A stretch of DNA of 63,882 nt, the filler included, from an uncultured Methanosarcinales archaeon (GTDB lineage: Archaea; Nanobdellota; Nanobdellia; Woesearchaeales; CAYSVS01): assembly GCA_964434475.1 (NCBI GenBank). It is 32 parts of 32 records of this genome, joined end to end, with 100 filler letters (N's around TTAATTAATTAA, not from the genome) between each part and the next. Parts side by side here need not be neighbours in the genome. Positions count along the whole stretch, not along the records: positions 20,511 to 22,516 come from CAYSVS010000118.1; positions 22,617 to 24,612 come from CAYSVS010000119.1; positions 24,713 to 26,708 come from CAYSVS010000120.1; positions 26,809 to 28,773 come from CAYSVS010000121.1; positions 28,874 to 30,816 come from CAYSVS010000122.1; positions 30,917 to 32,853 come from CAYSVS010000123.1; 26 more parts are not named here. The stretch is one strand, 5' to 3'. Of this stretch, positions 20,511 through 31,155 are shown one piece after another. The position numbers and the translations under genes were made by a program. Below the pieces are notes generated by a model, which was not told the DNA's origin, did no database searches, and saw nothing but the letters and a program-made list of their open reading frames with translations. Each line of letters begins with the position of its first letter. The stretch's first letter is position 1.

Positions 20511-21701
20511 GTTCTTGTCCCGTTTTCATTTCTCATTTCTGTCTCATCCCAAACAGATTTCACCTTTGTAGTAGACCTTCTATTTTTCTCATATACATTC
20601 CATTTTCCATCACTTTTCTGCCTTGCCATTATTTGGCTTTTATCGAGGTCATTCAAGACGATATTGTCTGAAGCCTTTATCTTACCCCACCGCCAAACGC
20701 TTTCTCTCCCTTCACTGTTATACGGTTTCACCTCAATTGTATGTTGTTCATCTCTTTTCAAACTAACAGAGCAGTATCCATCTAAGCAGTTACTTGGATT
20801 GATGTAAAATGGATAAAATAGGTTGGGACGATTGCCACTATGAAATTTGGGATTCCTATTCCTTAACTCTCTTATATTGTAACCGCCCATACTATCACTG
20901 AAACTAAACTCAGTTTCTTTAGGTATCTCGTTTAACTCAAGACCATCAGATTTTGCAAAAGCAATAAGATATTCATTTGTGACAGCCACTTGTTTGTAAT
21001 CTCTTCCACCCGGATTTGAAATTGGGATGATTTGGGCTTCAAAATTCTCCTCTCCAAAAATCTCATCGCAGATCTTCCGCAGGTTACTCACTTCGTTATC
21101 ATCTATGCTGATGAAAATAACACCATCATCACTAAGTAGATTTCGAGCGAGTTTCAGACGTGGATACATCATGTTGAGCCAGTTTGTGTGGTATCTCCCG
21201 GATGTCTCGGTATTTGCTGACATTTTATATCCTTCATCGTCAATCTGGCCGGTGTAGCGCAAGTAAGTGTCAAGATTGTCCTGGAATCTATCAGGATAGA
21301 TGAACTCCTTACCTGTATTATACGGTGGGTCAATATAAATCATCTTTACTTTTTTGTGATAGGACTTCTGGAGAAGCTTAAGAACCTCGAGGTTATCTCN
21401 NNNNNNNNNCCTCAATGAAAAGATTCTGTGTAGTATCCCAGTTAACGGATTCTTCTGGACATGGCCGAAGTGTACCGGTGGAAGGGGTTTGGGCAATGCG
21501 TCGCGCCAGGCTTTTGCCGTTCCAGTTAAAGCTATATTTTTCCTGACGGTCGTCTATATAGTCACCCAGGGCTTCACGCAGAGCGTCAAAGTCAACCTTC
21601 CCCTCAGTGAAAACATCGGGAAATAGCTCCTCCAGCTTCTCGATATTCTGCCCGACGATATCCATTGTCGCTCCATCGTTTTTCGGGTTCAGCTTTTCCA
21701 T
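20511..21701 (-). CDS. mod: Type III R-M methyltransferase Mod (3' truncated, small N gap)
   Basis: NIEKLEELFPDVFTEGKVDFDAL, DNLEVLKLL, IYIDPPYNTG and WLNMMYPRL. Confidence 0.92.
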
Positions 21702-21718
21702 GCGCGTTATCCTCCTAC

Positions 21719-22471
21719 TTATAACTCGGTACTTTCCTTCAGTAATTGTTTCTCCAGCTTCTTTATTTTTGTATTTATTTCTACTTGGCGATTGAACTGT
21801 GTTTCCTTCTTGATAGCAGATTTGTATTCTGCAATTTGCAGCTCCAATTCATGGCAGCGAGCAAGCCGCTGACGACGATGCTTTAGCTTCTCAGCAGCAG
21901 TTTCAACTCGATACTCGCCTGTCAAACGGGCGCAGTCCAGTGCTAAAAGTCGATCCCAGATGGCCGAATAAAACGCAAAAAAATGCGTGTGCGGCAAAGC
22001 TGACACCACTAGACTTGCGAGGAAGGCCTGCTGCAAAGACGTCGGTGCCAAAAGGTCGATCCAGTCGCTAGTGATGAAATCCTCAGCAACGATGGCTCCC
22101 TTCTCTGCTTGACTGAAACGCTTATGCGCCAGGCTTAGGGCGCACATTTTTCCATAGATGAGGACCACGACTAATGGATACGGAATCGCTCTGTGTATTA
22201 CCTCTATAATTCGGCTGGTGCGCTTCATAGTTTTCAAGTCCGCCTGGAGAACATGTACCTCCAGATACTCTCGCTGATGGTCCTCATAAGCCTGAATAGG
22301 GATCGTGCTGGGCTTAAAAGTATATTGCCAGATTATGGTATCAATATCTTCCTGCAACGCTTTTTTATCAGTCGCGCCGAGTTTGGCATTCTCGTGGAAC
22401 AGCCTCTTGAATACGCGCTTACCGAGGTAGCAGGCTTCAGGGACGGCCATAGCACTGTAGAGAACGTCCAT
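21719..22471 (-). CDS. DUF4391-family protein
   Basis: IHRAIPYP, LAHKRFSQAEK and KETQFNRQVEIN, directly upstream of mod as in helicase-DUF4391-mod-res loci. Confidence 0.8.
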   Translation of the reverse strand: MDVLYSAMAVPEACYLGKRVFKRLFHENAKLGATDKKALQEDIDTIIWQYTFKPSTIPIQAYEDHQREYLEVHVLQADLKTMKRTSRIIEVIHRAIPYPLVVVLIYGKMCALSLAHKRFSQAEKGAIVAEDFITSDWIDLLAPTSLQQAFLASLVVSALPHTHFFAFYSAIWDRLLALDCARLTGEYRVETAAEKLKHRRQRLARCHELELQIAEYKSAIKKETQFNRQVEINTKIKKLEKQLLKESTEL

Positions 22472-22616
22472 TATATTCCCTCCCCGGCATCGCCAAGAAC
22501 AACCAGATAGGAAACTNNNNNNNNNNNNNNNNNNNNNNNNNNNNNNNNNNNNNNNNNNNNTTAATTAATTAANNNNNNNNNNNNNNNNNNNNNNNNNNNN
22601 NNNNNNNNNNNNNNNN

Positions 22617-22959
22617 GCTCGAAGTGGTACTGCCCGGTGCGCTTCTTGGGCTTGACCCCGATCCCCTCGCGGCGGCAAAAACCGGTCAGCGTGGAGTAGG
22701 GAATCGAGACCCCCTCGCCCTCGAGCTTCTCGTGCACCCGCACCAGGTTTCCCAGGCACTCGACGTAAAGCTCCACGATGCGCTCCCGGTAGGGCTCCGC
22801 CGCCGACGGCCGCTCCAGCTCCGGCACCGCGTCCTGGCCAGAGGCCAGCACCTTCCTCACCGAGTTGACTGAAATTCTCAGCACCCGCGCGATGGCACCG
22901 GGGCCGTGCCCCTCAGCCGAGAGGCGCAGCACCGCCGCCCTGGTCATCTGGTCCAGCAT
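22617..22959 (-). CDS. istA: IS21-family transposase N-terminus
   Basis: HTH IARVLRISVNSVRKVL, then PYRERIVEL...VHEKL...YSTLTGF; 3' truncated. Confidence 0.75.
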
Positions 22960-23830
22960 GGGCTCGCTTCTCCATGACTTCGGCCAAGGCCGCAAAAGAC
23001 GACCGCGCGGATAACCACGACTCGACCACCGTGGCGGGCAGCCGCGCATACGCTCCCAGCTCCCGGACACGCCGCCGCGCGCGACCGCTCACCGCGTCCA
23101 GGATGCTCATGTCCTCGGACACCGTCCGACAGGGGTCGCCGGCTCCCTCGCCCGGCCCCCTGTTCACCTCGTCCGCGCTCCGCAGATACAAAAACGGCCT
23201 CTGCACGATCCGCAGCCGCTGCTCGGCGTCCCCCCGCTTCCACCCCTCGTAGATCCGCTCCACCTCCCGCGTGCTCGTGCGCTTGCCCGAAAGATTTCGC
23301 GCCAGCTCCTCGCAGTCCGACCTCTTGCCGCGCGACAAGGGCACCAGATACTTCGCCGCCGCGTCGCTACAGACTCGACCACGACGCACCAGCTCCTGCA
23401 CCGACTCGGGGAGCTCCCGCACCAGCGACAGCCGCCGCGAGACCCAGCTCTCCGACCGATGCAAGCGACGGGAGAGCTCGGCCTGGCTCAGCCCGTGCTG
23501 ATCCACCAGCTCGCGCAGCAGCCACCCGTCCTCCAGCGCCGACCGAGGCTGCGCGCTCTGCTGACAATGTCGAAACATCAGCGCTGCCGACTCCTCCAGC
23601 GCTAGCACCACCCCCTCCACTGTGTCCCGCCCCAGCTCCTCGAGCGCGTGCACTCGACGGTACCCGTCGATCAGCACGTACCCCGCCCCCTCCCCTTGAT
23701 TCTCCACCACCAGCACCGGATGAAGCTGTCCCTCCGACGCCAACGACGACATCAATCGACCCTCGTAGCCAGGCATCGAGATCCGAAGCTCTGCGTACCT
23801 CTTCGCTATCTGATGAAATTCCAGCTCCAT
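22913..23830 (-). CDS. ParB/RepB/Spo0J-family protein
   Basis: EGQLHPVLV, LIDGYRRVHAL and HTH LSQAELSRRLHRSESWVSRRL. Confidence 0.85.
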   Translation of the reverse strand: MELEFHQIAKRYAELRISMPGYEGRLMSSLASEGQLHPVLVVENQGEGAGYVLIDGYRRVHALEELGRDTVEGVVLALEESAALMFRHCQQSAQPRSALEDGWLLRELVDQHGLSQAELSRRLHRSESWVSRRLSLVRELPESVQELVRRGRVCSDAAAKYLVPLSRGKRSDCEELARNLSGKRTSTREVERIYEGWKRGDAEQRLRIVQRPFLYLRSADEVNRGPGEGAGDPCRTVSEDMSILDAVSGRARRRVRELGAYARLPATVVESWLSARSSFAALAEVMEKRAHAGPDDQGGGAAPLG

Positions 23831-23863
23831 CCGGGGCGCCCTCCTCGCGCGTCTCTCTCCAAT

Positions 23864-24292
23864 CTACGGAGGAGGCCCCAGACCGCCTATCTCGTCTCGC
23901 GGCACCAAAGGAGGGTGTCTACCGATTTCCCCTTTATTTACTGAGACTTGCCTGGCTATCTCGTCTCGCACCCAACCGACGAGATGTCTGCCGATTTCGT
24001 CAACAATAACATACACTTCCAGGTCCACTACGTCTCGCGCTGCCGCTTCGTCCACTCCGAGAAACGGGTCTCCCCCACAGCCTCCATTCCCAGCCGCCGC
24101 CTCCCGTTTCAGCTTCCGCCGCAAACGGTCCTCTCGATCGTAATTCGGATTCTGCTCGTGCCAGTCCGCACAAGCCCGACGATGCCGCTCCCGCTGGCAC
24201 CGAGCGTCGCTACAGACCTTCTGCCGTTTCCCCACCCGAGGATTCGGATAGAACCACCGCCCACATATCCGACAAGGTCGCTTCTTCGTCAT
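23864..24292 (-). CDS. Small zinc-finger-like protein
   Basis: CRIC...CSDARC followed by a basic helix. Confidence 0.65.
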   Translation of the reverse strand: MTKKRPCRICGRWFYPNPRVGKRQKVCSDARCQRERHRRACADWHEQNPNYDREDRLRRKLKREAAAGNGGCGGDPFLGVDEAAARDVVDLEVYVIVDEIGRHLVGWVRDEIARQVSVNKGEIGRHPPLVPRDEIGGLGPPP

Positions 24293-24408
24293 GTAACCGT
24301 CTGAACCGACGGCGGAGGGGTCTCACAACTATCTGTCTCAATCCTGATTCAATACCCGATTCAATCGATCACTTTTGATGAGCACATTCCGATCATTTTC
24401 GGTGAGCG

Positions 24409-24612
24409 GTGCAGCCCAACAATTGGGGGGATGAAGATTGTGGAGAAATTCGCTTATATGATGGGCAATGGAACGATCTTCGATGCAATAGTCGCCGTGG
24501 TTACGTTTGCGAGACCACACCTGATTCGGCCGAGGGCCCTCGAGCCCCAGACTCCGCGTGCATCAGGGAGGCACGAGGTGATGACATCTATTGGTTCTGT
24601 TCGAATCGCCGC
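24409..24612 (+). CDS. C-type lectin domain fragment
   Basis: QPNN..EDC...WND.RC...YVCE signature; the 5' part is missing next to the IS end. Confidence 0.7.
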
Positions 24613-24712
24613 NNNNNNNNNNNNNNNNNNNNNNNNNNNNNNNNNNNNNNNNNNNNTTAATTAATTAANNNNNNNNNNNNNNNNNNNNNNNNNNNNNNNN
24701 NNNNNNNNNNNN

Positions 24713-26323
24713 GGGCTGGCTGATGGTTCAGCTCTGCCGCCGGCTCGGCATCGCCGCCCGCTTCGTCTCGGGCTATCTCGTCCAGCTGAAGGGCGATGCC
24801 GAGGCCGGCGACGGCCCCGAGGAGGATTTCCTCGACCTCCACGCCTGGGCCGAGATCTATTTGCCGGGGGCCGGCTGGATCGGGCTCGATCCGACCTCGG
24901 GCATGCTCGCCGGCGAAGGCCACATCCCGCTCGCCGCCTCGCCCCGACCGGATCATGCCCCCCCATCACCGGCACGGCATCCGAGGTCAGCGCCGGCTTC
25001 ACCCATGCGATGACCGTCACCCGGCTGGCGGCACGGCCGCGGCCGAACACACCCTTCACCCTGGACGAGTGGACAGCCATCTCGACGCTCGCCGGCGCCA
25101 TCGACGCCCGGGCCGCCGGCCTCGGGCTGAAGCTCGGCCGCGGCAGCACGATCGCGCCCACCGCCGGGTGGGACGAGCACCTCGCCGCCCTCGAGCGGCA
25201 CTACGCCACCGCCGCTGCCGGCCACTATCGCCCGGACGGCCTGCCGGCGACCACCGCACCCTGGCCGGTCGTGGTCGACGGCCCCTCGCTACAGCGGCCG
25301 GAACTGCTCGCCTCGCTGATCCGCTACTGGCAACGCCATCCGGCACTTTCCTACCTCTTCTCCGGCGGCCGGATCGGCGTCGATGGCCCGGCACCCCGGC
25401 TCGACGAGCTGGGTGCCGAACGCCTCGCCGAGGTGGCGCTGGCGCTGACGAACGGCGCCGGGCTCGGCGATCTCCTGACCGATGCCACGGGCGATCCGCA
25501 GAGGGCGGAGCTTGCCCTGGATACCGCGACCGGGCAGCTGGCGATCCGCAGCTTCGGCGAGCCGCCGTCGCCGCGCATGGCCGCCCTCGAGACGCTGCTC
25601 GTCCAGGCCCTCGTCGTCCGCTTCGCGGCAGAGCCCTGCCGCCTCGCCCTCGACCCCAAGGACGGCCTGCACGACCGCTGGCTCCTGCCCTACTGGCTAG
25701 AGCGCGACCTCGACGTCGTGCTGGCGGAACTCGCCGATTTCGGCCTCGCCTTCGAGCCCACCTGGTTCGCGGCGCATGCGGGCCTGCGCACGCCGCTTTT
25801 GGGCACCACCGAGATCGCCGGCGTCCGCCTGGAGTTGCGCGCCGCGCTCGAGCCCTGGTGCCTGCTCAGGGCCGAGCCCGACGGGACACGACTGATCGAC
25901 GAGTCGCTCGACCGCCTCGAGCTTCGCGTGCGGGGCGAGCTTGCCCGACATCACGCCCTCACCTGCAACGGCTGGACCCTGCCGCTGGCCCCCTTGCCGG
26001 ATGACGGCCATGTCGCCGGCGTGCGGTTTCGCGCCCGCGCACTGCCCCGGATGCGGCACCCGGGCCTCGGCGTCACGGCAACCCTCACCTTCGATCTCGT
26101 CGACACCCGCCTCGGCCGCTCGCTCGGCGGTTGCCGCTACCACGTGAACAAGCCGGACGGCACTTCGTACGATGCACCGCCGATCAACGACCTCGCCGCC
26201 GAGCCCAGGCGGCTTGCCCGGTTCGAGCCCATGCGCCATACCACCGGCATGCTGCAACCCAGGCGTGCACCCGCTTTGCCCCACCAGCCGCATATGCTTG
26301 ATCTCCGCCATGCGCGCGATTGA
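24713..26323 (+). pseudogene. Transglutaminase/DUF2126 protein with a frameshift in the C-run near 24957-24964
   Basis: AARFVSGYL and [21 protein letters not shown] are in one frame; PITG...MTVTRL, YWQRHPALSYLFSG and LELRAALEPW are in another. Confidence 0.7.
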
Positions 26324-26338
26324 GGAAAGGCCGCTGCT

Positions 26339-26708
26339 TTGAGCCTCACGCTCTCGGCCCCGATCGCCCCGGACGAGCGGCTGCTCGACGCCTACCGGCC
26401 ACCCACGAGTGCCTTCGACGAATTGCTCGGCCCGGACGGCGCGCCCGGGCCCGCCTGGCGGCCCTTTCTCGACAAGCTCGAGGCCGTGGGCCCGCAGGGC
26501 CGCGAACTGATCGCGCGGACGACCGAGCAGAAGCTGCTCGAGAGCGGCATTGCGTTCAACGTCCACGCCGACCCCGAGGACCGCCAGGCGGCCTGGCGGC
26601 TCGATCTCTTGCCGGTCATCCTCGACGCCGCCAGCTGGAGCGAGCTCGAGGCCGGGCTGATCCAGCGCGCCCGGCTGGTCGAGGCCGTGCTGCAGGACCT
26701 CTACGGGC
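26339..26708 (+). CDS. Circularly permuted type 2 ATP-grasp protein (3' truncated)
   Basis: FDEL...WRLDLLPVIL...WSELEAGLIQRARL...DLYG. Confidence 0.85.
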
Positions 26709-26808
26709 NNNNNNNNNNNNNNNNNNNNNNNNNNNNNNNNNNNNNNNNNNNNTTAATTAATTAANNNNNNNNNNNNNNNNNNNNNNNNNNNNNNNNNNNN
26801 NNNNNNNN

Positions 26809-27174
26809 GAGTTCAAAAAGATTTTTTACAGAAGCTTCCACCACTTCTTTATTCTTATCCCTCCCATAACAAAGTTTGTTTCTGAGATCTTCTTGGTTTA
26901 CAAGCAGCTTCAGTATATTTTCTTTTTGAGGAAACTCAAAATCAAAAACATCTTTTGCTCTTTTTTCAGAAGCAAAAGATCTGTGATTTACATTAAAACC
27001 AGGGCTTATCAGTTTCTTTTCATGAAGCAGTATCGAGAGAAGATTATTGGATGCTTCCGAAGCAGCAAAACCTATGATCTTTTGTCTTTCTAAAAGCAGG
27101 TCTGCTCTGATCTTTTCGTTTATATCATCAAGCAGTTCTTTAAGTATTTTTTTATGTTCTTCTAATATAGTCAT
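26809..27174 (-). CDS. Archaeal hypothetical protein (HEPN-like)
   Basis: Helical ORF with RNKLCYG and an archaeal-type TATA upstream; 3' truncated. Confidence 0.5.
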
Positions 27175-27307
27175 ACGATTTTAAAGACTTAAAAGCTATA
27201 TAAATTTTTCTGTTATAAGTAACATAATATATGTTATATATCACGTAATAGTATGTTACAAATAACATATTTTATGTTAAAAGTCACATATCAACCATAA
27301 TCAATAG

Positions 27308-28252
27308 GACACTGTCAATTAATCGACACATATAAATAGTAGTGCCTCTTAGAGTTATTTGAGGTGAAATATTGTGTTTAAATGCCTACATTGCAAAACA
27401 AATTCTGCCATAAAACGAGGTGTTAAGAAAAATAAATCTGGATGGATACCCCGATTTAGCTGTACAAAATGCGGCAAGTGGTTTGTAGACAGAAAAGGCT
27501 TTGAAAACTTCAGACATTCTTCTGAGGTAATCACTGCTGCTCTTGATTTAAGGGCTAAGGGGTTATCCTTAGCAGATGTCGTTGACCATATAGATCAACA
27601 TCACAGGGTCAAAGTTACTAGGCAAACCATTTTAGACTGGCAAAATAAATTTGGGAAGAAGCTTAAAAGCTTCTCTCAAACTTTGACACCTCATCTTGGA
27701 AAAATATTTCATGCAGATGAAATGTTTGTAAATCAAAGAAAAAATTGGATTTATTATTGGGATTGTATCGACTATGAAACTAAATTCTTAGTTGCAGATC
27801 ATTTAAGTGAAGAAAGAAACTTTGATGAAGGTACAGATTTTTTGAACAAAGTAAAAACAGGAAGCCCAGAAATACCAAATGAAATCCATACGGACAATAG
27901 TTTTGATTATCCTGTTGCTTTCAAAAGGGTTTTTCCAAGAAAGAAAATCCATAAACATTATCCTGCATGGAAACATAAGTTTAGGAATAATCCAATCGAA
28001 AGACTTCATAACACTCTAAAACAGCGTTATAAAGTATTTAGGGGATTTGACAATCCAAAAAGTGCTGAAAAATTCTTTGATTTTTATAGAGTTTATTACA
28101 ATTTCATTAGAAAGCATATGACTTTGGGTATGATTACTCCTGCTCAATCAGCTAAGATTGACTTAAACTTATCGAGAAATCGAATAAGAAGCATGATCGA
28201 AATTTTTCTGTTCATGAATAGAAGGAATTATTGCTTATAAGTTAACAGTGTC
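27308..28252 (+). mobile_element. IS6-family insertion sequence
   Basis: IRs GACACTGTCAATTAA and GACACTGTTAACTTA. Flanks ATCAATAG and ATAAATAG match 7/8, consistent with an 8-bp target duplication. Confidence 0.85.
27374..28240 (+). CDS. IS6-family transposase with N-terminal zinc ribbon
   Basis: CLHC...CTKC, HADEMFV, IHTDN and NNPIERLHNTLKQRYK. Confidence 0.9.
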   Translation: MFKCLHCKTNSAIKRGVKKNKSGWIPRFSCTKCGKWFVDRKGFENFRHSSEVITAALDLRAKGLSLADVVDHIDQHHRVKVTRQTILDWQNKFGKKLKSFSQTLTPHLGKIFHADEMFVNQRKNWIYYWDCIDYETKFLVADHLSEERNFDEGTDFLNKVKTGSPEIPNEIHTDNSFDYPVAFKRVFPRKKIHKHYPAWKHKFRNNPIERLHNTLKQRYKVFRGFDNPKSAEKFFDFYRVYYNFIRKHMTLGMITPAQSAKIDLNLSRNRIRSMIEIFLFMNRRNYCL

Positions 28253-28309
28253 ATAAATAGAAAGTTTTATAAAACAAAAAATCAAATTCTAATTAAAAGA
28301 GGTGCATAG

Positions 28310-28720
28310 ATGGAAGCTGTCATCACATTATTGTTTGTCTTTTTGTTTATCGTGTGGCTCTATATTATGAATACGCATTTGACAAAGAAACATTCTGTGA
28401 AGATCAGAAAGAAATCTGAAAGGATAAAACACAGACAAAAACTTAGTGTGATGAAATGGCGTTTCTCTACACTTTCAACAGTATTTTTTATTTTCCTTAT
28501 ACTTCTATTGAACAGAAATCCTGTCTTTAGGATCTTAAGGACAGAATTTACTTTTACATTGCTTTTATCATTGCTTATGTTCTTCATATCCTTTATTGCA
28601 ATAGTGATAATAGATATCCTGCTTCCAGAAGAAGTCCCTATAATAAAAAGGGCTTTCGTTGAGTTCAGCATATTCATAGTTATGTATATAATATTGTTTT
28701 TTGTGCTTTCGTGGTTTTGA
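28310..28720 (+). CDS. Hypothetical membrane protein
   Basis: Four hydrophobic segments; GAGGTG ribosome-binding site. Confidence 0.7.
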   Translation: MEAVITLLFVFLFIVWLYIMNTHLTKKHSVKIRKKSERIKHRQKLSVMKWRFSTLSTVFFIFLILLLNRNPVFRILRTEFTFTLLLSLLMFFISFIAIVIIDILLPEEVPIIKRAFVEFSIFIVMYIILFFVLSWF

Positions 28721-29235
28721 AGATGGAATTTTATATAACCTTAGCAATCGTGATTTTGTTTTTGGTGCTTTTCNNNNNNNNNNNNNNNNNNNNNNNNNNN
28801 NNNNNNNNNNNNNNNNNTTAATTAATTAANNNNNNNNNNNNNNNNNNNNNNNNNNNNNNNNNNNNNNNNNNNNAGACTGCTACCTCTCTGCCAAGGAAGA
28901 TGACGGATTAAATTCGAGAATGACTATATACACGAGAATAATGATTACAAAATCAAGATTTCTGTTTGCTCTTGCCAAATGCAAATTTTCACAGTAATTT
29001 CTCTCAGACATTCAGATAGCGGGATCAAATCATACTTTTATGACCAACCTGCGTTTTTTTCATATTCTCACACAGTATTATTGAACCAATTCGCAAGATA
29101 TACAAGTAGTCATCAAAGAGCTAAGAAGGCTTTTCAGAGCTTCATTAACACAACAAGAGTGGAGATTATCCTGAGATATAGCATCTGATAAGATTATCAA
29201 GCTTGAACAAAAGCGAAAAAGAGGAGGGGGTAAAG

Positions 29236-30816
29236 ATGGAAAGAAAAGATTCTATACTTGCGCTAAAAGAAACTGAATCTGTTCAAAAGAAAATAATTGG
29301 TGAACTAATATTGGCAGAAAATCTTCATGATATTTTAACTATATCATATGTTTATATATTAAATTATTTACCATTGTTGCAATTTTCATTAAAACATATG
29401 CAACATTTTGAATTAGTTAATATTATGAATACTAGTATAACTATCGATCGAATAATGAAAATTAAACTAGACGAGTTGATAGAACGGCAAACCCATGCTA
29501 ATGTAATGGATTTTAGTGGAATTACAAACATAAAAGATGGTAGTAAATTAACTTTATTGTACTTAAAACTTAGTTCAGTACAAAAATACACACATACAAT
29601 AAACATAATGACGTTATTTTCAATGATACGTGATATAATGTTTCAATATCAGACGAAAAATCGAATGTACTTAAATTATGGCATAGGCTGGACCAACATG
29701 TTGAATCATTTTGTCAAAGCGCCAGGATTTGCATATACAATAAGAGATAAAGACATAAATATCTTAGAAAAAGAAATTAATAGAATAAAAAAAATGATAT
29801 TGGGCAAAAATAGAAAATTAGACAAAGAAATAATAGAAATCATATTAAAATATAATTTGTTAGATGAAAACGAGGCGAATAACATGAAAATATCATATAT
29901 AGGATTAAAAATAGATTGGCTTGAGGCTAAATCGTTGCTGAATTACATAAAATATTTGAAAACTAACAACAATATTTATATAAAGAAGGCAATACATTAT
30001 GTTAATGTATTATTGGACACATTAGATTCTGATATTATCTATGATTCCAACTATATGAGGGAGCGTCTCGAATATCCAGGTCCAGACATTCGAGTTGATA
30101 CTATACTTCAAAAGTATAATGACTATATGGCAAATATGGTACTGAACTATGGTGTATTATTTCATAAAAACAAAACAGAAGCCGAATTTGTATTGTTTCC
30201 TACCTCAATAGAGTTTTATTTGTCTAAAAATATTAAGGACAACAATGATGTTAGTCTTTTAAAAAATCATGATTTTATCATAAGATTGCACAAAGAGGGT
30301 ATAAAATTGATATTTGGCATTAGAGATAAGTTAGTAAGCCCAATAGATTCTGAGTATGCGATTAGGATGCGTGAGTATAAAAAATATTTGTTGAAATTAA
30401 GTGAATTTGGCCTTGCTCAAGCATTCTTAGAAAATCAAATGAAAGCGGGAAATACCACAGAGGCTTTAGAGAATGCATTAAAAGCATCAGAAAGTAGTGA
30501 AATAATAGTAACAATATTGACAACATGCATAATGGCCACTATATCCGCATATGGAGAAGCAAGAGGATGGTCAAACCAAACATTATATGCAAATCAACTT
30601 ATGCCGATTGTGTCAAAGCTAATAACATCAAAAATAATCAAAAGCAAAATTTATAAAATACTGAGAGATACCATGCAAGAATCGGAAGATATGAATTCTT
30701 GGGTAGAAGAAGAGGATGAATATGAATCATATGAAGAATTAAAGGCTAATATGCAAGAGATAGATGAAACATCGAGTGAGTTAATTGATTATATGAGTAC
30801 AAAAGGGGTATTAGAG
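29236..30816 (+). CDS. Large hypothetical protein (3' truncated)
   Basis: More than 520 open codons in AT-rich DNA after a GAGGAGG RBS; no recognised motif. Confidence 0.7.
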
Positions 30817-31155
30817 NNNNNNNNNNNNNNNNNNNNNNNNNNNNNNNNNNNNNNNNNNNNTTAATTAATTAANNNNNNNNNNNNNNNNNNNNNNNNNNNN
30901 NNNNNNNNNNNNNNNNTATTGATTGTTACATGCATACAAGCACCCCCAACCCCCTCTTGCAAAGAGGGGGTTAATGATTGTTTACTTTCTCTTTAGAATA
31001 GTGTGAGATTAGGTGGTATTGATTTCTTTATCTTTTGCAATGCATTAGAAATAAAACTCTATTGAGCTTAATGGATTTATAAAAAAGTTAGAGGTTTTCT
31101 ATATAATGGACTCTCCGATAGAAAGAGAGTTCATTTTATTTTGAAAACCTATAAT

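Larger units (their letters stand above)
22617..24340 (-). mobile_element. Left part of an IS21-like element carrying zinc-finger and ParB-like genes
   Basis: Three tightly packed co-oriented ORFs end in IstA. A TG-starting terminus candidate (TGAGACAGATAGTTGTGAGACC) lies at 24327-24340, where GC content drops. Confidence 0.6.

Noticed and set aside
20511..22516. DUF4391-mod as a novel defence system
   Set aside because: This is a common arrangement in helicase-associated type III R-M loci.
24661..26760. Many long overlapping ORFs in the GC-rich contig
   Set aside because: These are shadow frames caused by high GC. Only the transglutaminase/DUF2126 and ATP-grasp frames have motifs.
30941..30972. 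Short CCCCTCT...AGAGGGG hairpin near the IS5
   Set aside because: It is a single REP- or terminator-like hairpin with no further support in the window.
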